Source: Chara braunii (Eukaryota; Plantae; Charophyceae). From it: DNA of 64,000 nt. Where the stretch lies: positions 1,852,107-1,916,106 of the forward strand of contig BFEA01000015.1 in the NCBI GenBank assembly GCA_003427395.1, written 5' to 3'. How positions within the stretch are numbered: position 1 is the first letter of the stretch; every line of letters starts with the position of its first letter. Positions 34,200-47,400 of the stretch are shown piece after piece. Made by a program: the position numbers and the translations under genes. The notes below the pieces were generated by a model. It had not been told where the DNA came from, made no database searches, and worked only from the letters and a program-made list of their open reading frames with translations.

Positions 34200-37100
34200 T
34201 CATTTTGTTGACATCTTGTAACAACGTGTCACGCACGAGCAATCGCTTCCATACCTCACTCTAGCCACAGTCAGGGTAGACAATCACTTGTGCATGGATC
34301 TATTGCGGCCATCGTGGTTTTTCAAAGGGAGCCGATGGGGACTCTGCGTGTGTGCCTCGCGCAGTCTATGTGTGATTAGCGAGGTATTGTGCTAGCCATT
34401 GACTACGCAAAGAATAATTTGTGAAGGGTGACCATCGAGGAGGAGGTTTTGAAGAGATGGGGTTACACACAATAAAGGTGCGCATGATGAAGATGGTGGC
34501 GCTAGAGTGCAAGAGAAGAGGCATGTAAGCAACGAAAACCAAGACGGGAGAGAGAAGGTCTCACGCGCTGCCCTGCTGTTGACGTCAACTACGACCTACT
34601 ACATGAAAACTTGGGCTCAGTGGAGAAATCGCACGAAGGGCGAGGCAGTGATTGGTTCTCCTCGCAGGGTATAATCTGCAAATGAATCTTTACGAGCCGG
34701 TAGGGGTAGCGATGTGGAAAGGGCACTGAATGCAAGCGACATGTGTAATTTCCGGAGCCTCCCCTCGAGAAACGTTTTCCGGGTTTGTTTACGGACGGTG
34801 AGAGAATGAGCATGATGGGGTTCTGTGCAAATTTGGAGAACGATGCGCGAGGGAAAGCAGTTGACGCCTCCCTGATTACCTTTGTACGGGAGTACCGAAA
34901 CCACGTGCAGACCTCGACAAACGAGTCCAACGACGAGAATCAGCAAGCAGTGCGCTCAAGTGGTGTTATTGAAACCATCATAGGATGATCTCCCTGTAGG
35001 TCGCACGCGAAAGGAAGTGACAGGATACGTCGACCGAGGCTACAACTTAGACGAGGTCGGATAGTCAGAGATCTCTTACCTATCACAGTGTGATGCATGT
35101 CTTCTTGTCTCCCGAACCCGAAGGGACATGCCCGAGATCTCTCTAGAGTGTGAAGCGACTGGTTCTTCATTCCTACTGCAGAAGTAATATATTATTGAAG
35201 AGGTAGAATTGAGTGTTGAGGACTGATCGTGATTCTCATTATCTTACCTGGGCCTGAGGTCAATCTTTCTAGTTGTGGAGGTTCGCTTATCCCAAGTATG
35301 ATGATCATTTGTTCGAGGATACGTCATGAGGTAACTACCTTGCTAAGATTTTCCCCCTCACTAGCAAACTTGTCGTCGTTGTCTAGATATTGCTGAGGTG
35401 TTTGGAATACTCTTTGTGTCAAACATAAGGGTATTGTCGAGGTAATCGGCCTAAGGTGCAATCGACGTGATCGATTCTTTATTGGTTTGTCTTCTTCTAC
35501 GACACGGTGGGGTTTAACTTCACTTTCGCTACCCCCCCGTATGATTTCGATCAGTCTGTCTTTGAGGTTTTCCTATTGACGCTGCCAAAAGTTTTCTCCC
35601 CAAAGAGTAGTGTTCTCATGAGTTGTTGTACTTGGTGCTCATGCGTTCTTTCGTGACCTAGCCTTATAGATCAAGTAGGGCGAGCTTAGTAGCATTTTCC
35701 GAAGGGGGAGCCTAATTGGTCTTCAGTGAGAATGAGGGAGTGTGAAGGCCATATAGGGTTGCATGACGAATGAGCCTGTTATTATCTGTTTATGATTATT
35801 CATCATAATGAGCAAAATAAGGTTGCCGAAAACTTAAAAAGTGGCATACCTTCTAGTCAAATACATTGTTGATGGGGACTAGTCGAAGCTATAAGCTAGA
35901 CCGATGAACAAGGCTAACGCCACGTAGTTTTTTTTAAAGGAGTCACACAAAACTAGATCTCGTATGACCCTGCAACAACTAGTGAGATCTTCCAGGATGA
36001 TCCCATGGGATTTAAAGGCTCACAAATAAGCGGTCATTATTACCTAGGTAACTCTTGTTCAACTTGTTGATAAAAGTTCAAGACAAAGAGGATTATAGAG
36101 TAGTCTCGTGCTGAAATCACTAGTCATGGGAAACAACACATTATGACAAATTGCTTCATGGGTGAATGAAGAACATGACCATGCTCTTGGAGTCAATGCC
36201 TGATACATTTGCGAAAATTGTAAGTTTTGCTAACTGATTAATTAATTGGTCTCACCTATTTAACTTCTGGCGTTATTGATTATTCGACATCCTATATGAT
36301 ATAGTAGGCGATGGGTTGTTGACTCGAACCTTGCACTTGGCCAGTCTCAGATGGCTTGGATCCGACGATTCGCCAATTCAGAAAACAAACGAGACTCGTG
36401 CATGGTAAAATATTGTGGAATCTTTATAGTGGCCTTACCATGGAAATCGGTAAACGTTTCGTTTGCCACTGCCCTATGCCTTTTTTGTTCCGTAATAGTT
36501 AGGCTTGGGATCTAGCAAACATTATTTTTTTTTAAGGTGAGTATAAAAACTGGTGAAACTCAGCAGCCCTTGTACTACCTGGATGGGATAGTCGTCTTCT
36601 TAAGTCAGTGATCTGTATTAGGGCGAGTGATAATGTTAGTGCGAGGTTCAGTTTCATAGTGAGAATGATCTCCAAATGTTTCCTCAGGAAATACTTACCT
36701 CGTGTAAAAATGTGGACTGCCACATGTTGTGTTTCATAACTATAACTCGAATAGAATCTTTGACAGTTGGGAACAACCTTGAATCACGCTCTGTAGGTGT
36801 AAGCTCTGGTGGGTCTTATCTAGAATTGGTGTTGGGACTCCAGAGATACAATTGAAATCCCTGACCTATTAAGGGTTACATGTCGTTGCAAGAGCAACGG
36901 TGTCTTATGATTCTGTATGAACACATGATTAGTGTTCGAACGTTACCTTGCCCCATATACGAGTAGAAGTCTCGAGTAGCCTCTCGACAGCGGAATGTTG
37001 ATCGGGGGTATCGACTCCCCAACTCGGTGGTAAGCTACTATTGGTAACAAACTAACTATTTGTATTCTCTCTCCAGCGAATCCATTATCACGATAGCTCA
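34200..37100 (-). pseudogene. Highly decayed L1-like LINE ORF2
   Basis: Scattered L1-like peptides in the expected order: ITDL...AAEFHQFLYS (36540), HGKA (36440), a DLAKAFD-like segment (35890), YLG (35295) and an FLWGG-like segment (34760). Confidence 0.4.
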
Positions 37101-39199
37101 ATAACTGTTAAACTTGGCGCTAACACATTAGCAAATGATCTGGGCCTCTCAGCAAGAAAGTAAGTCATCTTTCAGGAAAAGTGTGAGGGCAACTGATAAT
37201 GAAAGGAAAATGAGCATCGCAAACGTGAACACTCTCGTGATAAGCGTATCACTTCATCTAGACAAAGTTGAGAACTGGGAAGACAAAGTATTCAGTGAGA
37301 TCGAGGGTTACAAAAGAGAGCTGAGAGACTTGGCAGTTGGGGAAACAGAAAACCAACATGAATTCGTAAAGTTTGTATTCTACATCTACGGATCCGATGA
37401 GAAACTACATAGCACGGTCTCATCTTTTGAGGCCCTCCAAAACAAAACGGTGAAGTAATATGTGACTAGTGGTTTCAAGCAGATGCACAACGTGTCTCTG
37501 AAAGCTCTTTGAGGAACTCCTGAGCAGTCCAGTTCACCTCACAACTACAATCCTCATAACTGGCAATAACATTAACTACAGAAGACAGGTAGTTCATTGA
37601 TATTTATGTCATTGTTAGTTTCAATTTGAACCGATAACTGTTGACAAAGTTCAAAGGCTTGGATACCTTTAAACGAGTTCAAACTAGGCTTCATTGGTGG
37701 ATTCAGGGTGAATTGTCCTTTACTCTCACAACCAAGATTAGCGATCAAAACTCAAAGTTAGTCCTTGCATACCCTCTACCAATCAACTCTCGAGGCAGCA
37801 TCAGTCGGCTAGTATTCTCAATAGAGATATTCAAGACTGTAGTGGGCACTTCCGAGATCAATCTTTGTTAGAGGGCAACATCATTCAAACCTGCTCCAAT
37901 ATCCACTACAGCATATGAATATAGTTCAGTCATCTTTGGTCAGTTGGTCAGTTTCTACCCCTTTCAGCCAAATCTCCTCAAGTCACCTTGCAGATCAAAT
38001 CTTATTGCGGTATCCAGTCAGTAGTGGTACACAACCTATGTTGAAGTGCTCAACAATTATCAAACGTCCTAATTGACATCAACGACCCCTCATCAGTGAT
38101 TACAGTCATCAGTGTTAATAGTCATTTATCCATTGTCAGACCGACATCAGTCTAATGGGATCTCCGACTGAGGTATTCAGGTCAATCTTCTGGTACCTGT
38201 CTCGGCACATGAGTACAATTCAGTTATTTCCTATCAGCAAATTAGTCCTGACTAATCTCAACCAGATTGCTTCCAAAGATGCATTTCAATACAACTATGT
38301 CAGTGCAGTTGGTTTCGTGTAGGGAGATCTGTCAGTCTTTGTAGTTCACACCTACGTGACCCCCTAGGCTGCGGTCGAGGAGGCCAGCTACGGGCCCTCG
38401 GTCGAGGCCGCACGACCGAGTTTACGCGCGGTCTTGCCAGAGCCAGGCGGGGGCGCGCGTGGAAAAACGGCGCTCGCGCCCCGCGTGCGCACGTCGGCCA
38501 CTACCACCCTGGTAAAAAAATAAATAAATAAAAATTTGGGGGGCGGTTTTGGGTGATTGACAAAAATAATTAAAATTAAAAATAAATAAATAAATATTGA
38601 TTGATTGATTGTTTGATTGATTGATTAATTGATTGATTGGTGAGGCAGGGGTCCTCCCTCCCCTCCCCCTGACACACGTGCACACACACACACACACACA
38701 CCAGAGGTCGCCAACGGGTGGCCGTGACCGAACCCGTCCTTACCCAGCCGTAACCGGCAGTTTTGGATGGGGTGCGGGTATGCCCCCAAAGGATATGCAG
38801 TGGTGCGGCTGGGTGTGAATATGTGTGAGAATATGCTGGGTGGAATTGGGCAGGGTGGGAAAGTTTCAGTGGGGCATGGCTGGGCGGGGTGGGAAAGTTG
38901 CAGTGGGCCATGGCTGGGTGTTGTCCCGATTCCCTACGCGGGTACGGCTGGGTGGAGGTTTGGCGTGGGTGATCCGAAGCTTGTAGGCCATAAACTAGTA
39001 TAGGTACTAGCCTTCTAGGTAGTGGGTACTAGGTAGTCTTAGGGCCAGGCAAAAATATTAACTTACCGTGGGCCTTTTTCACTGACAATGTGGCAGGTAT
39101 TGGGGTCGTATTAGTAAGAAATCGGCCCCCTCGTTTTTATTTTTCTATTGTTCCTCTTTTTCACCTGTAGTGAGACGCTATGCAAAGTCGCAGACCAAC

Positions 39200-39438
39200 G
39201 GGCCTTACTCCACTACTCACCAAATGTGTAAAATGAGAATTAATATTGTTGTACTTCATGGCAAGATTCACCGCCTTTTTGTCCTGGTCTTTTGTGCATG
39301 TGTGAGCTGTGGAGCGGCCGCTCCACTGCTCACACATGCACAAAAGACAAAAAAAAAAAGGAGGTGAATCTTCCCATGAAGCACCGCAAGATTCATTCCC
39401 ATTTTACACATTTGGTGAGTACTGGAGTGAGCCCGCCT
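39200..39438. mobile_element. GGGCCTCGC-family MITE
   Basis: GGGCCTTACTCCACTACTCACCAAATGTG / CACATTTGGTGAGTACTGGAGTGAGCCCGCCT with probable TSD AAC. More decayed copies at about 41268-41388 and 43325-43535. Confidence 0.7.
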
Positions 39439-39713
39439 AACCTGTAGAAGCTGGTGCCAAAATTTTGAAGTTGAACTTCGAAGCTTCGACTAGCGCGGGG
39501 GGTTGGGTTGCTCCACTGCCATTCGGTCACTCCGGCGCCAGCGAGCGAGGGAGGTGCGCTAATGCAAGCGTTAGGGCGCGGCTATTGCGAGCGACAATAG
39601 TGGGGAAAGCAGGCGCAGCAACAGCTACAGCAAGGTGAGCTTGATGGCGCGTGGCTATGCTGGCACAGCGGCAGGCTTGCAACAACGGTGAGCGACGAAC
39701 GTGTAGCACTTCG

Positions 39714-39799
<86 letters not shown>

Positions 39800-39999
39800 N
39801 NNNNNNNNNNNNNNNNNNNNNNNNNNNNNNNNNNNNNNNNNNNNNNNNNNNNNNNNNNNNNNNNNNNNNNNNNNNNNNNNNNNNNNNNNNNNNNNNNNNN
39901 NNNNNNNNNNNNNNNNNNNNNNNNNNNNNNNNNNNNNNNNNNNNNNNNNNNNNNNNNNNNNNNNNNNNNNNNNNNNNNNNNNNNNNNNNNNNNNNNNNN

Positions 40000-40091
<92 letters not shown>

Positions 40092-40671
40092 AAATTTGTA
40101 GCTTTGAACCCAAGCTCTATATGGATTACCCCAAGCCTCTAGTTCCTTTTGCTCTAACAGATGGCTCCTTTTAGGGTGACTTGGTAGATCTGGCCAAAAT
40201 GTATATTTCACTTGCAAAGATTGACAATGAGGTAATGACCGAACCATCCGAGTTCAGACATCTAAGACGAGGGATTTTCTCCCATCCGTATCTTCCTACC
40301 CTGTGGGAGAAATTTTGTGCTATGGTCGACTTCCGTATCACGGACCTTGGATAAAAGTGTTTGGAGCTTGCAAGCTTTAGGTGACTCTATCTCTAGATGC
40401 CACAATCTCAGGAGGTACATAACTATGGCTCGAGGCACAAGAGACGCAACCAAATGAGAGACCGATGATGAGTCTCTAGAAGGATAAGTGAGGACTCTGG
40501 ACGAGTGTTGGTCATGCCTATTCATTTGTGCTTTATGAGATTATTATGAGTTCTCAATTTCCCCTCATCTATCTTGTCTTTGCCTTGAGTTAGTCAATCC
40601 TGCTTCATTTGCATTGACTTTGCTTGATGATAGTGTGTCCTAATGATCTTATCACAGTTCTCTCACACACA

Positions 40672-40742
<71 letters not shown>

Positions 40743-40994
40743 CCACGAATACACTCATGCACACACACACAAACACACACGAATGCACTTTATCTCTATT
40801 CCTGATTCCTCTCCTTCTCCCTCTGTCTCTCTCTCTCGCGTGGGCGCACGCATTTGCACGTGTAGAGAGAGATAGAGAGACATAGGGAGGGTGCGTGCTC
40901 CCTCCCAATAGCGCCCAATTTTATTTTTTATTTTTTTTGTTTATTCAATCAACCAATCGATCAGTCAATCAATCAATCAATCAATCAATGAATC

Positions 40995-41060
<66 letters not shown>

Positions 41061-41841
41061 CGTTTTAATGATTACTATTTTTGTAAAATCAACGAACAGA
41101 TAAAAAAAGGTTGTAGAGCAAACTTTTTTTTTTTTTCCCCTCCTATGTTTTCGTATGATGGGCACGTTTGTACAACCGTTGTACGAACAATCGTTCAGTT
41201 CGTTCGGCCGTTCGTGCGACCGTACTCCGACGTACAACGTACAGGGGTCGACACAGGCGGGACTTATGGTGCCGCCGCACCGCTCACCAAATGTGAAAGA
41301 CACAAGAATATGGTGGGTGTATCTTTCCATGTTGTAGCGGAAATACGTCCTCATTTTGCACATGTGGTGAGCAGTGCGGCGATGACCTTAGCAACCCGTA
41401 CCTGTACCTCGTTTCGAGGGTCAGGGACATTGGGCCTTATGTCGAGCTCATAAAAAAATTTAAATAAAAAGAAGGGGAAAAAAAGACACACGAGGCGGCA
41501 AAATGCAATCCCTTCATTGTGAGGTTAAAAAAAGAAGAAGAAGAAGTAATCATGCTTGTCGGCGTCCCCTGTATAGCCTTAGGAGTAGTGGTAGGTATAT
41601 AGTGAACTGAAAGGGCCTCTTCACACCATTGTCAAAACTAAAAAAGAAGGAACTCATGTTTCCCGAAAAGTGGTAAGGTTCATTCATTGCTATTTGTAGT
41701 AACAAATGCACCTTGCCACTCTCTGCGGGAAGATGCACTTGTGTTTTTTCCGTTTCCGCAGTGGTACGGTGATTCCCAAAGGTGAGTTTGAGAGAACGTA
41801 AGAGAATTAAAAAAAAAAAAAAAAAAACGCCAATCCAGCAC

Positions 41842-41965
41842 CCTACCTCAATTAGCTAGGCATGCAAGTGACATTCAAGAGGTCATGGGCTCAATCCCCA
41901 TGGCCGCCGGCGGTACACTTGATGCCAATCACCTGAGATAGTCAACTTGATCCCCCTGGTGAGTA
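41842..41965 (+). mobile_element. tRNA-derived SINE copy (decayed)
   Basis: Homologous to the head and body of 46490-46724: GCAAGTGACATTCAAGAGG...GGGCTCAATCC...GAGATAG...ATCCCCC. Confidence 0.55.
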
Positions 41966-43979
41966 TCAGTAGCGTCCTCAGCGAACATGGGTGTGAGTGC
42001 GAGTGTGAATAGGTTGTGTCACTTGTGTGTGGAGAGTGTTGGCCTTAGACACTGTTGTTACTCGATAGGTGTGGAGGAAGATAAAAAGGGAGGTGCAACT
42101 ACTGGCAAATGCTCGGTCCTTGTGGTTGCCCCAACCTTGCACCCTAAACGACTAGGGCAAAGGGTAAACATGTGATACCTCCGTCCACAAAGAGCGGTAA
42201 CCTCCCTTCAACGACCAGTACATGCCAGCCATTGGTCACGGTGTCAGAGCATAAACCCTTACAACGGTATTTGCTCAGGTTTTTCAATGTCGGATGCACC
42301 CGGCTAGAGCAGCGAAGGGACGATGCGACCAGGCTTGCCTCGGCGGTTCGCGGGGTTACTTTGCGTCGTCCCCTAGTTGTTTTGGTTTTTGTTTAGTTTA
42401 CTCCTGGGTGACATGGCCGGGAAGGCTCTTGCACCTTGCAAAAGAGTAGATGCTGCTTGGAGGAGTAGTTGGAGGAGATGCTGCTTGAAGGAGCTGTTGA
42501 TGGAAGGATGTATGAAAACGGGTATGTGTGTCGAATATTAAGTCAGCGATAGGTAAAATGAATGATTTTGACAGTGTGTCATTTCAAGTCAAAACTGCGG
42601 CAGATCGATTACCTTGTCGGCTGCATTGATTTTATTATCAAAGCCAACTCTCCATTGGTAGTTCATTTTGATATAATTATATTTGATCGTTGTAATTTTC
42701 TTTTGGATACGCGTCTAAGAGACTAGGATTAAGTTGTGGGCTTCACGTTTGGTTGAGACCGTCCTAGTCGGTCGACGTCCGCTTCGTACTTAGGAGATCA
42801 GCGCCCTAAGGGACGAACCACGTTCCGGTTCACTTGGCGTATAATCAAACGTCTCTATATTACAACGAATGAGCAAGCGCCCTTGACCGATCTACCTTTG
42901 CGATTTCATCTAAAAACTTTCCCGCGTGGGTCAGTAGCTCGGTAGGGATACACCCCTAAGAGTGGTGACAACCCCTTAGGGAGCGCAAGTTGTGCCGCTG
43001 GGGAACCTATCCTGTCGTAGGGGACCGTGAGAAGTACAGCTGGCGCACCTGGCTAGAGCGATGAAGGGGCGACATGACCACGTTCGTATTGACGGTTCGC
43101 GGACTTATTTAGCGTCGTTTTAAAGTTGTATCCTGTTTAGTTTCATTAACTCCTGGGTGACATGGTCGGGAGGGCTCTCGCCTTCGTGGAAAGGCACGAG
43201 CCGATGCACTCGACAACGGTCCCCTTACTAAGGCCGCCTTCCACTGGTTTATTTTATCTACCGTGCTCGAAGTTTTAGGAGAGGCTCAATGTGATTCTCA
43301 ACTTGGCTGGCTTCATGACCCATGAGACTTTCTCCACTACACGCCAAATGTGGAAAATGAGAACGGAACTTTGGAAAGATGGTGGAATAGGAACCGGAAT
43401 GACGCTCCTCATAATGGAAATGGAACCAGGGCCATAAGGACCTGTTTTATGTTAAAAAAATAAAAATAAATGGAAAGATACACCACCATATATTTTTTTT
43501 CTTTTGTCCATGTGGACAGTAGTGGAGCAAGGCACCATGTACTGGTGGTTTCACCAAGAGGTAGTGAGTGAAAGGTGAAAACATTTGAAAAAAAAATATG
43601 GTGTAGTTTTCAAAAAAAAAAAAAAAAAGTTATGGATGTCAACTCGCCGTCCTCGTTGATGTAGTTCATTGGTGAAACGACGAGCGATGACCATTGTTTT
43701 TAGTTTTTAAAGGCTAATTCTTTTAAGCCCAACCTATTCCATTACCTGCAAATCTACACAGGACGGCCTTCCAGGTCTTTTTTTATTATCATTATAGTAT
43801 TACGGGGAACCCCGTAGCAGCCACACTAGTGTTCAACCAGGGAACATGTGGAAGTTGCACCCATCAACAGGTGCGATACCTGCTTCAGTAGGTGCGCGAT
43901 ACCAGCCAGGGGTCAGTTGGTGGCATCATGACCAAGGTTCTTCAATGGGCCAGTCGGTATGCCTCCCCTCTGGTCCCCT

Positions 43980-46080
43980 TGTGACGTACCAACTTCCATA
44001 CCTTCACCATCTTCCGAAACCCTCTAATTTTGTTAATCTGACTCGTCGACTCTCTTTGGAGAGTCTTTCGTTTACTATCTTCCTGGTCCATATAATCGCT
44101 GGATAGTTAGAACCTCTCGCGTCCAAGACGACATTTCCTTTTGTTGCAATTTCATTTAAGGAATTTATGCATTTACGCATGAATTGTGTGCGCGAGCGCA
44201 TTAGGAATTTTGATCGGCGGTTGGAAATTCGGAAATTTACAGGCACTTTTTCCGTTGATGTGTTATTTCTTGCATAGGGATCTTTTCGCATCTGCCCTTG
44301 AAAGATCTGCGAAAATTCAGTACACAACTAGATAGACGTAGATTTTTCTGCGCTCAAGCCCGCACGCTTGTATTGCGTTTAGTTTCATATTCTTGAAGTA
44401 GCTTTAGGATGAAATGTAAAAGGTTTTTGTGTCGTTTATTTTTTTCTGCACTAGCACTGTGTATGCTAGTTTCCCCCGCCTCTCGCTATAACCCATGCCA
44501 TCTTCACTTTCCTCCTTTTATCGCCTTCTCCCTTTCATCCGCAACTGTTTTCCATCCCCTCTCTCTCTCGTGCTTCATCCCCACTCCTTCTCGTCTGAAT
44601 CTTGGACCCGCTCTGCGCTACTTTTCGCGCTCTTCTTTTGCTAGCCTACATCCTCATACCGGAACCCCCTACCGATCCCCTTTCAAGTTCAAAGTATTTG
44701 AAGTCATCAGGCGACGTCGTGTAAGGAGAATACCTCTCGCATGAAGTAATCTGATTGGCTGCGAAGAAACCTGCGGGGATCGGTATGGTCTTTCGTGGGC
44801 GACTATCCCAAACTCCCTCTTCACCTCTTACTACCTCCACCCCACTCTTCCCCATCTTCTATTCCCCTCCTCTCAACTACAAAACTCGTAAGTGCACCCG
44901 AAAATCTCTCTCTCAACCCATTTGTCATCTTCAGGGAAGTTGTGGCTAGACGACGTGCAAGTAGCGAGTCGGAAAGTCCTGACGATATGAGTGCAACAAA
45001 TGCATGGTTGTGCGTCGGGTGACCACGATGAAATGCGGGATCTGGGCAAGCTGGTGTATTTGGTGAGTTGGCGGGGTGACGATCGTTGTGGTTTGGAGGT
45101 CGGTGCGTGGCGACCTGGGGTCGTCGGTGATTGAGTGAGAGGAGTGTGTGAATAAGAATAGTTGTATGGCCAGGGGCCATGATCAGATAGCAGAGGCCCG
45201 GGCGCCTTGATTTTTTTTGGATTTTTCTTCTGTTGGTTCACAAAAAGTTAAGTCTATGGTAAATATCCGAGTGTTCTCCCTCAGAGATTGCCTGTGTGGT
45301 CGAATTTCTCCTTCTTCCTCTGCAGTTCTCTTCCTTGATTTTTTCGTGCTTCGATCTCTATCTCTTTTTTTTCTCTCATGTTCATGGCTGTTTGATGAAT
45401 GTCGGAATAACTCGGGATTTTCCTAATCTTGTCCACCCCTGTTGAATTCAACTGGACCTCGCATCCACGAGTATCGTTGAACTCAAAGGGAACTGGAAGA
45501 TCTTAATCCATTTCCTTCTGTTATTGTTGATGTGTTTCTATAACATTTGAAGAATCCTGTATGCGGGATCTGGTGTGTAATATTTGTATCGATCGGATTA
45601 GCTGTGGCTATGGATATGTATGCTCATCGTTGCTTTAATGGATGACAATTATTGATACCACTGAACCAAACTTATACCTTTCCTCCTATTGATTGGCTCG
45701 CCAGATGAATGAATTGCAATAATCGTTATAAAACTGATTGTCTTTATGATTAAGTAGTCGATAGGGTAGACTCACGTACATTGAATTCGCTCATGTCATG
45801 TGGACCGTTATTCTGATCCGACAGGGTGCCGACTTCCCGCACCCCTATCACAACCATTCCCCTACAACGAGGAAAGGACTCGTGTGTGTGAGTGGGACAT
45901 ACGGGAAGCCGTCGCCAAGATTGGTGGACTATATTATTTTCCACCAGAAACAAGGTGCTACGGATTCGTATGCGCTGGTTTGTCATTATCGATACTCACG
46001 TTCCCCCGTACTCGTTGTGGTTGCCTTTTACCTAGTTGATTGTCATCCCATGGACGACAATGGCACCGCGTTGTCCTAAT
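43980..46080 (+). mobile_element. 5' part of a distant relative of the TGTGACG Gypsy-type family
   Basis: Begins TGTGACG. Leader motifs resemble 17460-17670. Encodes an ORF0 homolog (RLTYIEF...PFPYNEERTRVCEWDIREAVAKI) at 45770-46039. Confidence 0.62.
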
Positions 46081-46489
46081 ACCTTGTGCAGCGAGTGTCG
46101 CTCCACAGAGTGTTATCTAAAAAGGGGGTTCCACTACTGAACACGCGGAGAAGACAAACACAAGGAACGAGCGACCAGGCTGCGACCCTCCACGTCGGAT
46201 TCCAAGCTTTCTGATAAGCGACGTCGGGATCTGACTTGAAAACGAGATCTCATGTGCGTACCTTCGCCCGTTCACTCTAAAAGACAACCAGTAACCCGCG
46301 TGGAGGTTCAACGATACTTTTTGGATTGAATGGATGTTTAAAAATTGCGCGCACTTTCCTTCCTCCCACGCGTTGATGACCCGTTCTCGCTAAAACCGGA
46401 ACCACGAGGGGGACTTCAGTTCCAAGTAAGTCCCCATACTCAATTCTCCAAAAAATTTTGGCACACCCCGTCTTGTTGTCTTTCAGGGC

Positions 46490-46724
46490 CTATTCCGCAT
46501 AATTTACCACTCTGACCGGAAGACGGCACAAGGCGTGAGGTTGAACGTCACGCCCTCCCCCTACGAACATCAGCAGTCTCTGCTCAATGCTACTCTGGGG
46601 GATGAACTGCCTATCTCTGGGTGGCGAGCACCAAGCTTGCCCAGGAAGGTGCATGGAGCCAATGAGGATTGAACCCAAAACCTCCTGAATGCCACTTGCG
46701 CGCGTTACTAGCTGAGCTAGGCTG
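46490..46724 (-). mobile_element. tRNA-derived SINE
   Basis: Head AGCCTAGCTCAGCTAG (A box) ... GGGTTCAATCC (B box), followed by a non-tRNA body shared with 47022-47150 (+) and 41842-41965 (+). Confidence 0.65.
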
Positions 46725-47021
46725 GATACACTACTACCATTGCTACTTCCTGCTAGTCCCTCTTTGTAATAGTTGTACTCATAATAAAATTTTGCTCTTG
46801 CAAAAAAAAAAAAAAAAAAAAAGAATTGCTACGACCATTGGTTCTTAAATTGCCATTCTCATTGGCTAAGTACACCTTACCTCACTCAGCACGCCTCAAA
46901 CATGCCGTTACCTCTCCTCACCGAAGAGAGGTAGAAAACTATGCTTGCAGGGGTGCCCTGTATAGCCTTAGGAGTAGTGGTAGGTCGTGAAAGAAAAACG
47001 ATATGTTCCACGACATGATGT

Positions 47022-47150
47022 GAGCTCAGTTGGTAAGGCACAAAAGTTGCATTCAGGCCATTGGCCTGACGTACGTGCCTGGGCAAGCTTGGTGTTCTAC
47101 TAGCTAGAGATAACCCGTTGGCCCTCCAAGCCAGCATTGGTAGTCCCTTG
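47022..47150 (+). mobile_element. tRNA-derived SINE copy with B-box region deleted
   Basis: GAGCTCAGTTGGTAAG...GCATTCAGG|CCATTGGC...CCTGGGCAAGCTTGGTG matches the 46490-46724 copy. Confidence 0.55.
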
Positions 47151-47400
47151 GCCAATATTGTTGGTTGCTATGCAGCAATGATATTGGCCATTAGACACCG
47201 CTAATGTGGGGTTGGAGGAGGGTAGGGGAAGGTGCGAGTGACTGGCCAAAGATGCTCGGCACTAGCATCGCGGGTTTCCCCCATTGGCAATGCCTGATCA
47301 CCCTGCATCATCGTGATGAGGGGCTGGTAAAAGCCTTGTGACGAACTATCTTCTTCAATCGCGCCACTTTCTGCGCGGGGCCGATGTAGGGAAACGGGAG

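Noticed and set aside
38360-39070. GC-rich segment with CGGGT/GGGTG motifs resembling TE subterminal repeats
   Set aside because: No TIR pair, TSD or coding signal could be established.
47295-47336. Second hammerhead-like motif GTGATGAG-GGGC...GCCT
   Set aside because: The core is mutated, there is no GAAA, and stems I and III are not convincing.
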